Numbered from the stretch's first letter, positions 10,808-21,435 are shown. The stretch: DNA of 64,000 nt from an uncultured Acidobacteriota bacterium (GCA_963697745.1 CAVOPD010000016.1:24931-88930); one strand, 5' to 3'. Program-made: numbers and translations. Notes: a model not told the origin generated them from the sequence alone.

Positions 10808-12511
10808 CGTCGCGCAGCGCCTCGCGCGCCATCATGCGCTCCTCGTCGGTCGGCACGACGAGCACCGCCACCTTCGAGTCGTCGGTGGAGATGCGGCACA
10901 CCTCGTCGAAGCCGCGCGCGTCGCGGTTGCGCTGCTCGTCGAGCGCGATGCCCATGCAGTCCAGCCCCTGCAGCGCCAGCGCGCGCACTTCCGCGCTGCC
11001 CTGGCCGATGCCGCCGGTGAAGATCACCGCGTCCAGCCCGCCCATCGACGGCGACGTAGGCGCCGATGTATTTGCGCACGCGATAGCAGTACGCCTTGAG
11101 CGCGAGCAACGCGCGGGCTTCGCCCTCGTCGGCGGCCTTGAGGATTTCGCGCATGTCGCTCGAGATGCCGGACAGGCCGAGCAGGCCGCTCTTCTTGTTC
11201 AGCAGTTCCTCGCTCTGCGTGGCGGTGAGCCCTTCGCTCGCGCTCGAGGAAACGCGAGCACGCCCGGCATCGACGTCGCCGCAGCGCGTGCCCATGATCA
11301 GCCCTTCGGCCGGCGTGAAGCCCATCGTGGTGTCCACCGAGCGCCCGTGATCCACGGCGCACAGCGACGAGCCGTTGCCGAGATGGCAGCTCACCAGCCG
11401 CAGCTCGTTCGGCCGGCGCTTCAGAAACTGCGCGGCGCGCAGGCTGACGTACTGGTGCGACGTGCCGTGAAAGCCGTAGCGGCGCACGCCCTTCTTCTCG
11501 TAGAGCTCGTAGGGCAGGCCGTAGAGATACGCGTAGGCCGGCAGCGTGTGATGAAACGCCGTGTCGAACACCGCGACGTGCGGCACGGCCGGAAACAGCC
11601 GGCGCATCTCGCGGATGCCGGCGACGTTCACCGGATTGTGCAGCGGCGCGAGCGGATTGAGCGCCTCGATCTGCGCCAGCACCTCGTCGGTGATGAGCGT
11701 GCCTTCCGTGAACTTCTCGCCGCCATGCACGACGCGATGGGCGACGACGCTGACCTCGCCGGCGCCGCCGATGACGCCCGTTTCCTTCGCCGTGAGTGTC
11801 GCCGACCATCGCCTTGAAGGCCTCGGCAAAGCCGCCCTTCGGCAGCTCGCGTTTCACCTCGCCCTTCGGCCCGCGATGGACGAGGCGCGTGCCGTCGATG
11901 CCGATGCGCTCGACCAGACCGCGCGCCTGGCGCGACTCGTCGGCCGTGTCGTAGAAGCTGTATTTGAGCGACGACGAGCCGCAGTTGATGACGAGGATCT
12001 TCTCGCGGCCGCTCGCCCTTGAGCTTGAGGCCGTACGGATCGTCGCTCTGGCGGAAGCGCCGCGGCCGCCTTCGCCGGATCGGTCGAGACCTGCTTGCAT
12101 CCGCTCGGCGATGGTTCGCGAGATGTGCTGCACCGCGCGCGGTTCGGTCACGATGACGGACTGGAACAGCGGACACCGGAATGCAGCAGCACCTGACATC
12201 GCGATTCGGCCATGATGTCCGCGAGGACCGGGTCGCCGCTCATCAGGACGACTTCGCCGAACGTGTCTCCAGGCTTGAAGCGGCCGATGAACTGAGGCTC
12301 GCCGCCATCACCGGGAACGGAGGCGACCAGTTCGCCGTCGAGCAGAACCCCCAGAGAGGTGGCGTCCTCTCCGATATTCGACGACCACCTCTTTCGGCTC
12401 GTACGACACGACTCGCGACTGCTCCACGAGCCGCGCGAGAAGGTCGTCGCCAAAGTACTGGCAGAGGCCGACGCGCTGTTTCAGGAATGCGACGACTTGA
12501 TCGTTCTTCAT
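10804..12511 (-). CDS. ackA: Cyclic-nucleotide-binding domain fused to acetate kinase; frame-disrupted (at least 7 indels); 3' end uncertain
   Basis: Fragments are ORFs 12308..12526, 12148..12453, 11024..12199, 10804..11829 and 10536..11045. The cNMP beta-barrel ([18 protein letters not shown]) and its C-helix continue without a stop into [32 protein letters not shown] and [14 protein letters not shown] at 12511 has GGAG 5 nt upstream. Confidence 0.8.
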
Positions 12512-12526
12512 GATGCTCCGCCCCAA

Positions 12527-14253
12527 TCAGACTCCGGCCGCTGGCACGGCCGCCGGCCGTGCCGGCGCTGCATACCACTGGTCCTTCGGCACGATCTTCG
12601 GGTCCTTCGGATCGATCACGTAGTTGGGCGACATGATCTGCACGCCGTAGGCGTTGAACTGGTCCTGGATGTTCGCGTAGAGCGCATTGAGCACCACCAG
12701 GCGGGCGTCCTGCTGCTCGAGGCACACGAAGAGCGTGTACTTGACGTAGAAGTCGTCCAGCGAGGTCTGGTAGACGACGGGTGCCGGCTCGGCACACAGG
12801 CCCGGGCGTCTTCTCGGCCGCGGCCAGCAGGAGCCCATGCACCTGCCGCCACGGCGTGTCGTAGCCGATGGTCAGCGAGGTCGTCGTATAGACCCGCTCG
12901 TTCGCCTGGCGGGCGCGAGTAGTTCGTCGTGGTCTGGCCGACGACCACCGCGTTCGGGATGACCACGTCCTCGTTCTGCAGCGTCCTGATTCGGGTCGAG
13001 AGCACGCCGAGGTGCGTGACGGTGCCTTCCGAGTCGCCGATGCGGACGAACTCGTGCAGGCGGATCGCGCGCGAGTAGGTGATCATGAACCCGCTCATCA
13101 CCTGGTTGACGAGGCCGCTCGACCCGAACGAGACGAGCAGGCCGATGAACACGCTCAGGCCCCTGAACGCGTCGGTGCCGCTGCCTGGCATGTAGGGAAA
13201 GGCCACCGTGAGCGCCAGCAGCCACACCAGCGTCGTCGCGAGCCTCCGCGTCGGCAGTGCGGTTTCGGGATAGATCCAGCGCGTCGGTGATGCGGCCTTC
13301 TTCGATCGCGCGAAACCAGACCGTGATCACCCGCACGATCACGCGCGCGAGCAGGACGATCAGAATGACGGTGAAGATGCCCGGGATGGCGCCGATGATG
13401 CTGAGGCCGACATTCTCGGCCGCCTGCAGCAGCAGGCCGCGCATCGATTCACCCCACGGACGCGTATAGGGGAACCGGCGCAGGATGAAGGTCGTGGTGA
13501 CGTAGACGATCACCAGACCAAGGGTCGCCATCACCGAGCCCAGCAGACGCAGCTCGAGATCGATGAGGCGTGACTGGCGGACCGTCTCGACGCCGAGCCC
13601 GGACTTGGCGAGCGTCCGCTCGGCGACCGGCACGAGCCGCTTGATCGAGGAGCCGGTGCAGCGCGGGTCAGGCCCCACAGCGCGAGGATGGCGACGACAA
13701 GCGCCGTTACGGCAAGCGCCAGGCCGCGCAGGAGCTGACGTGGCGACCGCGCCTCCTGTGCCTCGACGAGCGCCGCCTGAAGACGCTCGACGCTCTGGGT
13801 GACCACCTCATCGAGCGTCTCCCCGGACAACTCGTCGACATCCGACGGCGTGAGCACGAACGCCGCCCGGCGAGCCGACTGTGATGACGGTTCCCAGTTC
13901 GAAGCGCTGCGTCTCGACCGGGCCGAACGTCCCCTCGCCGACGATATCGTCGAGAAGCCGCACGGCGCCAGTCACCCGCTCGGCGGGGCTGCGTCCCACC
14001 ACCGTGGCTCGAAAGACGACGATCGGGCGGTTGACGAAGGTCAGCGTGGCGGGAGAGTTCGATCGCGTATCTGCGCCGGTCGCAAGGAAGGGTGGCGCGC
14101 TCGGCGCCAGGGGCGGCCTGCGGCGCCGCCGTCTGAGGTGTTGCTGCCGGGGGAGCCTGTGTCGTGACCCGCGTGCCAGGCACACAGCAGGAGGAGCACG
14201 GCGGTCGAGAGGACCACCGATGCCCGCCGGTGCCCGCGCACGTTGGGAGTCAT
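12527..14253 (-). CDS. Mechanosensitive ion channel (MscS family); frame-disrupted (at least 5 indels)
   Basis: Fragments are ORFs 14041..14253, 13808..14185, 13531..13857, 12872..13678, 12616..13227 and 12527..12838. MscS core: GLLVSFGSSGLVNQVMSGFMITYSRAIRLHEFVRIGDSEGTVTHLGVLSTRIRTLQNEDVVIPNA. Confidence 0.75.
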
Positions 14254-14272
14254 GGCCGTCAGTTGCCGGATC

Positions 14273-15067
14273 TCAGAAGCGCTCGGCGACGAACTTGCGC
14301 CGGCTCAGGGTCGCCTCGTCGTCATAGGTGTGCTTCTTCGATCGGGCGGGAAGCTTCACCTTCGGCTGTTTGACTTTCTTGTACGGCAACTGCTTCAGCA
14401 CGTGCGCGATCGTGTTGAGCCGGGCGCGCTTCTTGTCGTCGGACCGGACGATGAACCAGGGGGCGAGGTCGGTGTCGGTCGCCTTGAACATCGCGTCGCG
14501 CGCCAGGGAGTACTCGAACCACTTCTGCCGCGACGGCAGATCCATCGCGCTCAGCTTCCACTGCCGCAGCGGATCCTCCATGCGGGCCTTGAAGCGGCGC
14601 TCCTGTTCCTTGTTGCCCACCTCGAGCCAGAGCTTGATCAGCACGATGCCGCTCTCGACAATCTGCTTTTCGAACAGCGGCACCACTTCCAGGAAGCGCT
14701 CGTACTGCTTCGGAGTGCAGAAGCCCATGACGTACTCGACGCCGGCACGGTTGTACCAGCTCCGATCGAAGATGACGATCTCGCCCGCTGCCGGAAAGTG
14801 CTGGATGTAGCGCTGCGCGTACATCTGGCTCTTCTCGCGGTCCGAGGGGGCCGGCAGTGCCACGACGCGGAAGACGCGCGGGCTGACCCGTTCGGTGAGC
14901 GCCCGGATCGTCCCGCCCTTGCCGGCCGCGTCACGTCCCTCGAAGACGATGATCGCGCGCAGTCCCTGTTCCTTGACCCAGGACTGGAGTCCGCAGAGTT
15001 CAGCCTGCAGGCGGGACAGTTCCTTGTCGTAGTCCTTGCCCTTCATCTTGCCGTTCGACTTGGCCAT
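14273..15067 (-). CDS. ppk2: Polyphosphate kinase 2 (single-domain PPK2)
   Basis: ORF 14273..15067, intact. Motifs: IIVFEGRDAAGKGGTI, MYAQRYIQHFPAAGEIVIFDRSWYNRAGVE. Confidence 0.9.
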   Translation of the reverse strand: MAKSNGKMKGKDYDKELSRLQAELCGLQSWVKEQGLRAIIVFEGRDAAGKGGTIRALTERVSPRVFRVVALPAPSDREKSQMYAQRYIQHFPAAGEIVIFDRSWYNRAGVEYVMGFCTPKQYERFLEVVPLFEKQIVESGIVLIKLWLEVGNKEQERRFKARMEDPLRQWKLSAMDLPSRQKWFEYSLARDAMFKATDTDLAPWFIVRSDDKKRARLNTIAHVLKQLPYKKVKQPKVKLPARSKKHTYDDEATLSRRKFVAERF

Positions 15068-15107
15068 CGTTGTTCCTCGGTGTAGTCAGGAGCCGGTACA
15101 GTCTTCA

Positions 15108-15129
15108 CGTCGGGTCTGAAGACCCGACG
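15108..15129. repeat. REP-like hairpin CGTCGGGTC-TGAA-GACCCGACG
   Basis: Perfect 9-bp stem with a TGAA loop, between the OMF gene end and the ppk2 start. It is followed by GCTACATTCGG (15129..15139). Related degenerate copies lie at 34451..34497. Confidence 0.5.
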
Positions 15130-15166
15130 CTACATTCGGTCGTGAGACCCGATGCGACCAAAGCGT

Positions 15167-16579
15167 TCAGGGTTGCCAACCGCCTCCCAGCGCGCGATAC
15201 AGCTCCGCGCGGGCTCTCATCTCGGCGCCGATGGTTTGCGCGACCAGCTGCTGCTGCTCGAACAGGGCCTCGTCGGCCGTGAGAATCTCGATGTAGTTCG
15301 CCAGTCCCGAGTCGTAGCGGATCCGCGACAGGTCGCTGGCGTCCTGAAGCACGGTGACGCCGATCTGACGCTCGGTTCGCGCGGCGGCCAGCTTCTGAAT
15401 CGTCACGAGCGAGTCGGCCACTTCACGGTAGCCGTTGAGCGCCGCTCGCTGATACTGCGCGAGCGCCTGGTCGTAGCGCGCCTGCATGACCTCGAGGTTG
15501 CGGCGCAGCCGCCCGCCCTGGAAAATCGGCTGCAGCAGACCCGCTCCCAGCGACCACACGCCGCCGTCGCCGCCCATGAACGATGTCAGGTCGCCGCTCA
15601 CGCCGCCAAGGAACCCGGTCAGGCTGATCCTGGGGTAGAACAGCGCCCTCGCCGCGCCGATGTCGGCGTTCGAGGCCACCAGCAACTGCTCCGCCTGGAG
15701 CACATCAGGCCTGCGCTCGAGCAGCGAGGCCGGGATGCCCGGGGGAACCTGCGGGGGCGTCGGTGCGGTGAGATCGGCAGTGGCGCGCGCGATGCCCGAG
15801 GGCGGCTTCCCGAGCAGGAACGACAGCGCGTTCTCGGCAACGGCGATCTGGCGCTCGATCTCCGGAATGGCCGCAGCGGTCCTCGCACGCAGCGCCCGCA
15901 CCCGATCCAGCTCGAGCTGATTGGAGACGCCGCCGTCGAGCCGATTCTGGAAGTACTGCACCGTCTCGTCATTCAGCGCCAGTGTGCGCCGCGCGAGGTC
16001 CAGTCGCAGATCCAGTTCACGCAGCGCGAAGTAGGTCGATGCGATGTCGCCCACCAGCGTCACGACGACGCCCCGTCGCCCCTGCTCCGAAGCCATCATC
16101 ACCGCGAACGCGGCTTCCTTCTCACGCCGGATGCGGCCGAACAGGTCGATCTCCCAGGAGAGCCGGAACCCGTACGACCCGCTCTGATGGGTGGTGTCCT
16201 CCTCGGTCCCGTCCGTCGGCGCGTTCGACGCCTGGCGTGCGTTGTAGCTGGCACCGGCGTCAACCTGCGGGTAGAGGTAGGAACCGGCGATTCCAGCGCG
16301 CGCGCGCGCCTCCTGGACCCGCGCCGCGGCAGTGCGCAAATCCAGGTTGTTGGTGAGCGCTTCGCCAATCAGCGCCTGCAGTTGCGGGTCGTCGAACACC
16401 TGAAACCACGGCAGGTCGGCCAGTGAGGCAGCCTGCTCCGCTCCTTCGACGAAGCGATACTGAGGCGGCGCCGGCATCTGCGGCCGCTCGTAATTCGATC
16501 CAAACGCCGCACAACCGGTCGACAGCAGGGCGGTGGCAGTAACGGCGGCGCGCGCGAAACGAGAGACGACGGTCGCCAT
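15167..16579 (-). CDS. RND efflux outer-membrane factor lipoprotein (NodT family)
   Basis: ORF 15167..16579, intact. Lipobox LLSTGC. Two OEP repeats. Confidence 0.9.
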   Translation of the reverse strand: MATVVSRFARAAVTATALLSTGCAAFGSNYERPQMPAPPQYRFVEGAEQAASLADLPWFQVFDDPQLQALIGEALTNNLDLRTAAARVQEARARAGIAGSYLYPQVDAGASYNARQASNAPTDGTEEDTTHQSGSYGFRLSWEIDLFGRIRREKEAAFAVMMASEQGRRGVVVTLVGDIASTYFALRELDLRLDLARRTLALNDETVQYFQNRLDGGVSNQLELDRVRALRARTAAAIPEIERQIAVAENALSFLLGKPPSGIARATADLTAPTPPQVPPGIPASLLERRPDVLQAEQLLVASNADIGAARALFYPRISLTGFLGGVSGDLTSFMGGDGGVWSLGAGLLQPIFQGGRLRRNLEVMQARYDQALAQYQRAALNGYREVADSLVTIQKLAAARTERQIGVTVLQDASDLSRIRYDSGLANYIEILTADEALFEQQQLVAQTIGAEMRARAELYRALGGGWQP

Positions 16580-19500
16580 TCAGTGACTCCCCCCGACGCC
16601 GGCCATCTGCGGCGACGGCGCCACAGGCGGCGGTGCCGGTGGTTTCTTCGATCCGCCGGTCACCTTCTCGACGGCGACGTACAGCATCGGGATCAGCAGG
16701 ACGCCCAGAATCGTCGCGATCAGCATCCCGGAGAACACCGTCATGCCAATCACTTTCCGCGCCTCGGCGCCCGCTCCGGTCGCCGTCAGGAGCGGCACGA
16801 CGCCGAGGATGAACGCGAACGCGGTCATCAGAATGGGACGGAAACGCAACTTGGCGGCGTTCAGCGCCGACTCGACCAGCGGCTTGCCGGCGTCGCGCTC
16901 CATCTTGGCGAACTCGACGATCAGGATCGCGTTCTTCGCGGCGAGGCCGATCAGCATGATCAGGCCAATCTGCGCGAACACGTTGTTCACGTAGCTCGGT
17001 GAGTAGTAGCCGGCGATCCAGAGTCCCAGGTAGGCACCGAATGCCGCGAACGGCGTCCCGAGCAGGACGCTGAACGGAAGTCCCCAGCTCTCGTACTGCG
17101 CGGCGAGAATCAGGAACACCAGGAAAATCGCCAGCGCGAACACCACCGCCACACCGGGAGCCCGACGCTCCTGATACGACATGTCGGCCCAGTCGTAGCT
17201 CATGTCGGTGGGCAGGATGCTCTTTGCCGTTTCCTCCAGCGCATCGAGCGCCTGGGTCGACGAGAAGCCGGCCGCAGGGACGCCGGTGATTTCAGCCGAA
17301 CGGAACAGATTGAACCGGTTCGTGAACTCCGGACCCGCGCTGCCTTTCGTGTTCAGCAGCGTGTCCACCGGGACCATGCCGCCCGTGGCGTTCCGCACGT
17401 AGAACAGCCCCAGCTGCTTCGGGTCCTGGCGGAATTCGGGCTCGGCCTGGACGTACACCTTGTAGACGCGCCCGAACCGGTTGAAGTCGTTCACGTACGA
17501 ACTGCCCAGCAACGCTCCCAGCGTGGTGTTCACGTCGCTCAGCGCCACGCCGGACTTCAGCACCTTGCTGCGGTCGATGTCGGCATAGATCTGAGGAACG
17601 GAAGCGCGATACAGACTCGAGATGCGTCCGATTTCCGGCCGCTTCCTCGCAGCATCCAGGAAGCGCTGCGTCTGCGCCGCAAGATACTCAGGCGAGCCGC
17701 CGCTGCGATCCTGCAGCTGCATCGTGAAACCCGCACCGGTTCCCAGTCCGGGAATCGAGGGCGGGCCGAAGGCGACGACCGAGCCTTCGCGGATCTCCTG
17801 CGCGAAGGCCCGATTGAGCGCGGCGATGACGCCGTTGGCGTGCTCCTCCTCGGTGACCCGGTGCTCCCACGGCTTGAGCTGCACGAAGAAGAACCCCATG
17901 TTCGAGGAGTAGGCGCCGGTCAGCAGGCTGAAGCCGGTGATGGTGTTGTAGCCCTCGACTGCGTCGTTCGCCTTGATGACCGCTTCCGCCTTTTTCATCA
18001 CCGCGTCGGTGCGTTCGAGCGAGGCGGCATCCGGCAGCAGCGCGTTCACCAGCAGAAAGCCCTGATCCTCTTCGGGCACAAACCCGCCGGGAATCTGCCG
18101 GACCAGCGAGACCGTCACGAAGATCAGCACGCCGATGAACGCCAGGCTTCGGAACATCTTGCGAATCAGGATCGCGGAGAAGCTGACGTATTTATCCGTC
18201 GTGTAGCCGAAGACCTTGTTGAAGCCGTTGTAGAACGGCGTCAGCAGCGAGCGCTTCCCGGTCGGCGCCTTGAGCAGCATCGCCGCCAGCGCGGGGCTCA
18301 GCGTCAGCGCGTTGATCACCGACAGCAGCACCGACAGCGCGATGGTAATCGCGAACTGCTGATAGAGGCGCCCGGTGATACCTCCCATGAAGCCCACCGG
18401 CACGAACACCGCGCTCAGGATCAGGCCGATGGCGATCACCGGGCCGGACACTTCCTCCATCGCCTTGATCGTCGCTTCCCGAGGCGCCATCCCGTGCTCG
18501 AGATGATGCATCACCGCTTCGACCACCACGATCGCATCGTCCACGACGATGCCGATGGCGAGCACCAGGCCGAGAAGCGAGAGCACGTTGATCGAGAAGC
18601 CGAGCATCGGGAAGAAGATGAACGCGCCGATCAGGGACACGGGCACGGTCATCAGCGGAATCAGCGTGGCCCGCCAGTTCTGCAGGAACACGAACACCAC
18701 GATGATCACCAGCGCCACCGCTTCGAACAGCGTGTGCTCGATTTCGACAATGCCCTCCGAGACCGGCAGCGTGGTGTCGAGCGAGACGAGGTATTCCATG
18801 TCGCGCGGGAACCGCTTCGACAGGTCGGCCATCGTCGACTTGATGCGATCGGCAACGTCGAGCGCGTTCGTGCCCGGGATCTGGTAGACGGCAATCACGG
18901 CGGACGGCGTGCTGTTGTGCCGTCCCACTGCGTTGTAGAGCATCGTGCCGAGTTCGAGCCGGGCGACGTCCTTGAGGCGGACCTCGGAACCGTCAGGAAG
19001 GGTGCGGAGGATGATGTTGCCGAACTCCTCCTCGTTGAGGAGGCGGCCTTGCGTGCGGACCGTGTAGGTGTACTCGGTTCCGGGTGCGGCAGGCGGCCCG
19101 CCGATCTGGCCTGCCGGGCTCATCTGGTTCTGCTGGCTGATGGCGTTGGCGATGTCAGGAACGGTCAGACCGAGGCGCCCGATCTTGTCGGGCCGCAGCC
19201 AGACGCGCATCGCGTAATCGCTGCCGCCGAAGAGATTGATCTGGCCGACGCCCTGGATGCGGGCGATCGCGTCGTTGACGTTGATGGTCGTGTAGTTGGA
19301 CAGGAAGCTGCTGTCGTAGGTGCCGTTCGGCGACTTGATCGAGATCACCAGCAGCGGAAACGCCAGCGCCTTCTTCACGGACACGCCGTAGTTCTTGACC
19401 GACTGCGGCATCTGCGGCTGGGCCTGTGACACGCGGTTCTGCGTGAGCACGTTGTCCATGTCGAGGTTGGAGCCGACTTCGAACGACACCTTCAACGTCA

Positions 19501-19762
19501 GCGTGCCGTCGTTGGCGTTGGTCGACTTCATGTAGATCATCTGCTCGACGCCGTTGATCTGCTGTTCGAGCGGCGTCGCCACCGACCCCTCGACGTCGGT
19601 CGCGCTGGCGCCGATGAAGGTCGTGGTGACCTGCACCATCGGCGGGACGATCTCCGGGTACTGGGCGATCGGCAGGCCGCGCATGGCAACCAGGCCGAGC
19701 AGGACCATGATGATCGAGAGGACGATCGCAACGATGGGGCGGTCGACAAAGAAACGAGACAT
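16580..19762 (-). CDS. RND efflux permease (HAE1/AcrB-like)
   Basis: ORF 16580..19762, 1060 aa, intact. Starts MSRFFVDRPIVAIVLSI...; conserved VVDDAIVVVE motif. Confidence 0.95.
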   Translation of the reverse strand: MSRFFVDRPIVAIVLSIIMVLLGLVAMRGLPIAQYPEIVPPMVQVTTTFIGASATDVEGSVATPLEQQINGVEQMIYMKSTNANDGTLTLKVSFEVGSNLDMDNVLTQNRVSQAQPQMPQSVKNYGVSVKKALAFPLLVISIKSPNGTYDSSFLSNYTTINVNDAIARIQGVGQINLFGGSDYAMRVWLRPDKIGRLGLTVPDIANAISQQNQMSPAGQIGGPPAAPGTEYTYTVRTQGRLLNEEEFGNIILRTLPDGSEVRLKDVARLELGTMLYNAVGRHNSTPSAVIAVYQIPGTNALDVADRIKSTMADLSKRFPRDMEYLVSLDTTLPVSEGIVEIEHTLFEAVALVIIVVFVFLQNWRATLIPLMTVPVSLIGAFIFFPMLGFSINVLSLLGLVLAIGIVVDDAIVVVEAVMHHLEHGMAPREATIKAMEEVSGPVIAIGLILSAVFVPVGFMGGITGRLYQQFAITIALSVLLSVINALTLSPALAAMLLKAPTGKRSLLTPFYNGFNKVFGYTTDKYVSFSAILIRKMFRSLAFIGVLIFVTVSLVRQIPGGFVPEEDQGFLLVNALLPDAASLERTDAVMKKAEAVIKANDAVEGYNTITGFSLLTGAYSSNMGFFFVQLKPWEHRVTEEEHANGVIAALNRAFAQEIREGSVVAFGPPSIPGLGTGAGFTMQLQDRSGGSPEYLAAQTQRFLDAARKRPEIGRISSLYRASVPQIYADIDRSKVLKSGVALSDVNTTLGALLGSSYVNDFNRFGRVYKVYVQAEPEFRQDPKQLGLFYVRNATGGMVPVDTLLNTKGSAGPEFTNRFNLFRSAEITGVPAAGFSSTQALDALEETAKSILPTDMSYDWADMSYQERRAPGVAVVFALAIFLVFLILAAQYESWGLPFSVLLGTPFAAFGAYLGLWIAGYYSPSYVNNVFAQIGLIMLIGLAAKNAILIVEFAKMERDAGKPLVESALNAAKLRFRPILMTAFAFILGVVPLLTATGAGAEARKVIGMTVFSGMLIATILGVLLIPMLYVAVEKVTGGSKKPPAPPPVAPSPQMAGVGGSH

Positions 19763-19764
19763 GG

Positions 19765-20949
19765 CTACTTGCCCTCGGTCGGCTTGGCCTCAGTCGGCGC
19801 TGGGGCCTGATTGGCAGCCGACGCCACCTCCATTGGCTTGGTGCGCACCGTCATGCCGTCGCTGAGGGACTGAAGCCCTTCGGCGACGACCATATCTCCG
19901 GCCTTCAATCCGTCTTCGATCACCCAGAGGCTGTCGACCCGCGGCCCGACCTTCACGTTGCGGAACGTGACCTTGTTGTCGGAGCCGACGACCGCAACGC
20001 TGTACAGATTCTGCAGTTCCTGCACAGCGCGCTGCGGCACGAGGAGCGCGCCCGCGCGGTTGGCCACGAGGAGGCGCGCCCGTCCGTATTGACCCGGCCG
20101 CAGGACGTTCTGCGGATTGGGAAAGAGCACCTGCATGCCGAGCGTGCCGGTCGACGCATTGACCGCGCGTTCGACCGGACCGATCTTTCCTTTCTCCGGG
20201 TGCACCGTACCGTCAGCCAGCGTCAGCTCGATGCCGCCCTGGGTGGGTTCTGCGCCCGCGCGCGTCGGATCGCGCTTGATGACGCGCAGGTAGTCGGCTT
20301 CGGTGACAGCCACGCGGAGAATCGTCGGGTCGAGCTGTGAGATGGTGGTGAGCAGCGTGGCCTCGCCTCGTCCCACCAGATTGCCCGGTTTCACCAGGGT
20401 CGTGCCGACCAGCCCGTTGATCGGGGCGAACACCCGCGTGTAGCCCAGGTCGAGGGTCGCCTTGTCCACCGCGGCAACGGCCGCCTCCACCTGTGACCGC
20501 GACGCGTCGCGCGCCGCCAGCGCATTATCCAGTTCCTGCTGGCTGACTGCCTTCTTGGCCACCAGCGGCGTGTAGCGGTTCACGTCGTTATTGGCCTTTT
20601 CGAGCCGGGCCTGCGCGGTGGCTACGTCGGCTTTCATGGCCGCCAGCGTCGCCTCCAGCGGCTTGCGGTCGATCGTGTAGAGGAGGTCGCCCTTGCGCAC
20701 GAACGACCCTTCGCGAAAGTTCACCGTCTCCAGAAAGCCCTCGACGCGCGCCCGAATCTCCACGTCCTGGAACCCTTGTGTCTGACCAACCAGCTCCAGA
20801 TATTCGGGCACATCCTTCTGCACGACGCTGGTGACGTACACCTCTGGTGCAGGCGGAGCGACGGGCGCCGGCTGCTCGCGACAGGCCACGCCGAGCGCGG
20901 AGGCCAGTACGACGGCGCCGAGCAGTGTTCTTCCTGCGTCAGTTACCAT
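19765..20949 (-). CDS. RND efflux periplasmic adaptor (MFP)
   Basis: ORF 19765..20949, intact. Lipoyl/hairpin region with GDLLYTIDRKPLEA and TRVFAPINGLVG. Confidence 0.9.
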   Translation of the reverse strand: MVTDAGRTLLGAVVLASALGVACREQPAPVAPPAPEVYVTSVVQKDVPEYLELVGQTQGFQDVEIRARVEGFLETVNFREGSFVRKGDLLYTIDRKPLEATLAAMKADVATAQARLEKANNDVNRYTPLVAKKAVSQQELDNALAARDASRSQVEAAVAAVDKATLDLGYTRVFAPINGLVGTTLVKPGNLVGRGEATLLTTISQLDPTILRVAVTEADYLRVIKRDPTRAGAEPTQGGIELTLADGTVHPEKGKIGPVERAVNASTGTLGMQVLFPNPQNVLRPGQYGRARLLVANRAGALLVPQRAVQELQNLYSVAVVGSDNKVTFRNVKVGPRVDSLWVIEDGLKAGDMVVAEGLQSLSDGMTVRTKPMEVASAANQAPAPTEAKPTEGK

Positions 20950-21041
20950 GCTCAGTCTCTCTCTCCTGCATTGAGCATCGCGCTCTCCGCGTTCACAATT
21001 CGGCTGCGGCCGGTGGGACTGCCGCCAGGCTGCGCCACCGG

Positions 21042-21314
21042 TTATCGCCCTCGTCCGCTCTCACGTTCGAGGACATCCATCTTGAGCCGGACGTACTGGG
21101 GCAACCCGACCAGCCGCCATCCGCCCCGCTCGATCCGCATCAGCGCATCGATGCCCACCGCGTCGGTCGACACCAGTTCGTCCAGGTGCAGGATCGTCGG
21201 CTGCTTCGATCCGCACGCCCGGAGCAGTTCGGGCACTTCGGCTTCACTGAGCCGCCCCGCCAGACGGATGACAAGATCACCGGCGACCCGCTCGATATCA
21301 ATGCGGCAGTGCAC
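21042..21314 (-). CDS. Small STAS-domain-like protein (first gene of the efflux operon)
   Basis: Lies within ORF 21042..21404. The domain-like part starts at VHCRIDIERVAGDLVIRLAGRLSEAEVPELL...LHLDELVSTDAVGIDALMRIERGGWRLVGLP. I prefer the GTG at 21314 because the longer ORF would overlap the promoter and palindrome upstream. Start is uncertain. Confidence 0.55.
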   Translation of the reverse strand: MHCRIDIERVAGDLVIRLAGRLSEAEVPELLRACGSKQPTILHLDELVSTDAVGIDALMRIERGGWRLVGLPQYVRLKMDVLERESGRGR

Positions 21315-21326
21315 ATTCGGGTGATG

Positions 21327-21342
21327 GGCAAAAGCCGGTCCA
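21327..21342 (-). promoter_or_regulatory. Candidate sigma-54 (-24/-12) promoter TGGACCGGCTTTTGCC
   Basis: The minus strand reads TGG-AC-CGGCTT-TTGC-C with GG-N10-GC spacing, matching TGGCAC-N5-TTGC. It sits between the sigma-54 activator gene and the STAS/RND operon. Confidence 0.5.
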
Positions 21343-21391
21343 GTCGACTCAGGCCCAATCCCGAGACTCTCGCACCCGTGGCTCACCTTAT

Positions 21392-21411
21392 GTTGTGAGA
21401 GCACTCACAAC
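21392..21411. promoter_or_regulatory. Perfect inverted repeat GTTGTGAG-N4-CTCACAAC (contains TGT-N10-ACA), candidate enhancer-binding (UAS) site
   Basis: 8-bp arms seen directly. The centre is about 60 bp upstream of the -24 element and about 25 nt downstream of the activator gene stop. Confidence 0.45.
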
Positions 21412-21435
21412 GTTCGATGAGCGAACGCGGGTGCA

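Noticed and set aside
17840-19429. 529-aa plus-strand ORF. Similar long ORFs are 15152..16426 +, 27112..28248 -, 28917..30422 -, 35830..37449 +, 51651..52616 + and 55186..56484 +.
   Set aside because: All are antisense to genes with strong family signatures (RND, OMF, pyk, glgP, the 627-aa protein, MtrB-like, kinase). All show Arg/Gly/Asp/His-rich junk composition.
21315-21404. Longer version of the STAS-like ORF starting at the ATG at 21404 (MLSQHKVSHGCESLGIG...).
   Set aside because: The extra 30 codons would overlap the perfect palindrome (21392..21411) and the -24/-12 element (21327..21342). They add no domain-like sequence. The shorter start is preferred but unproven.
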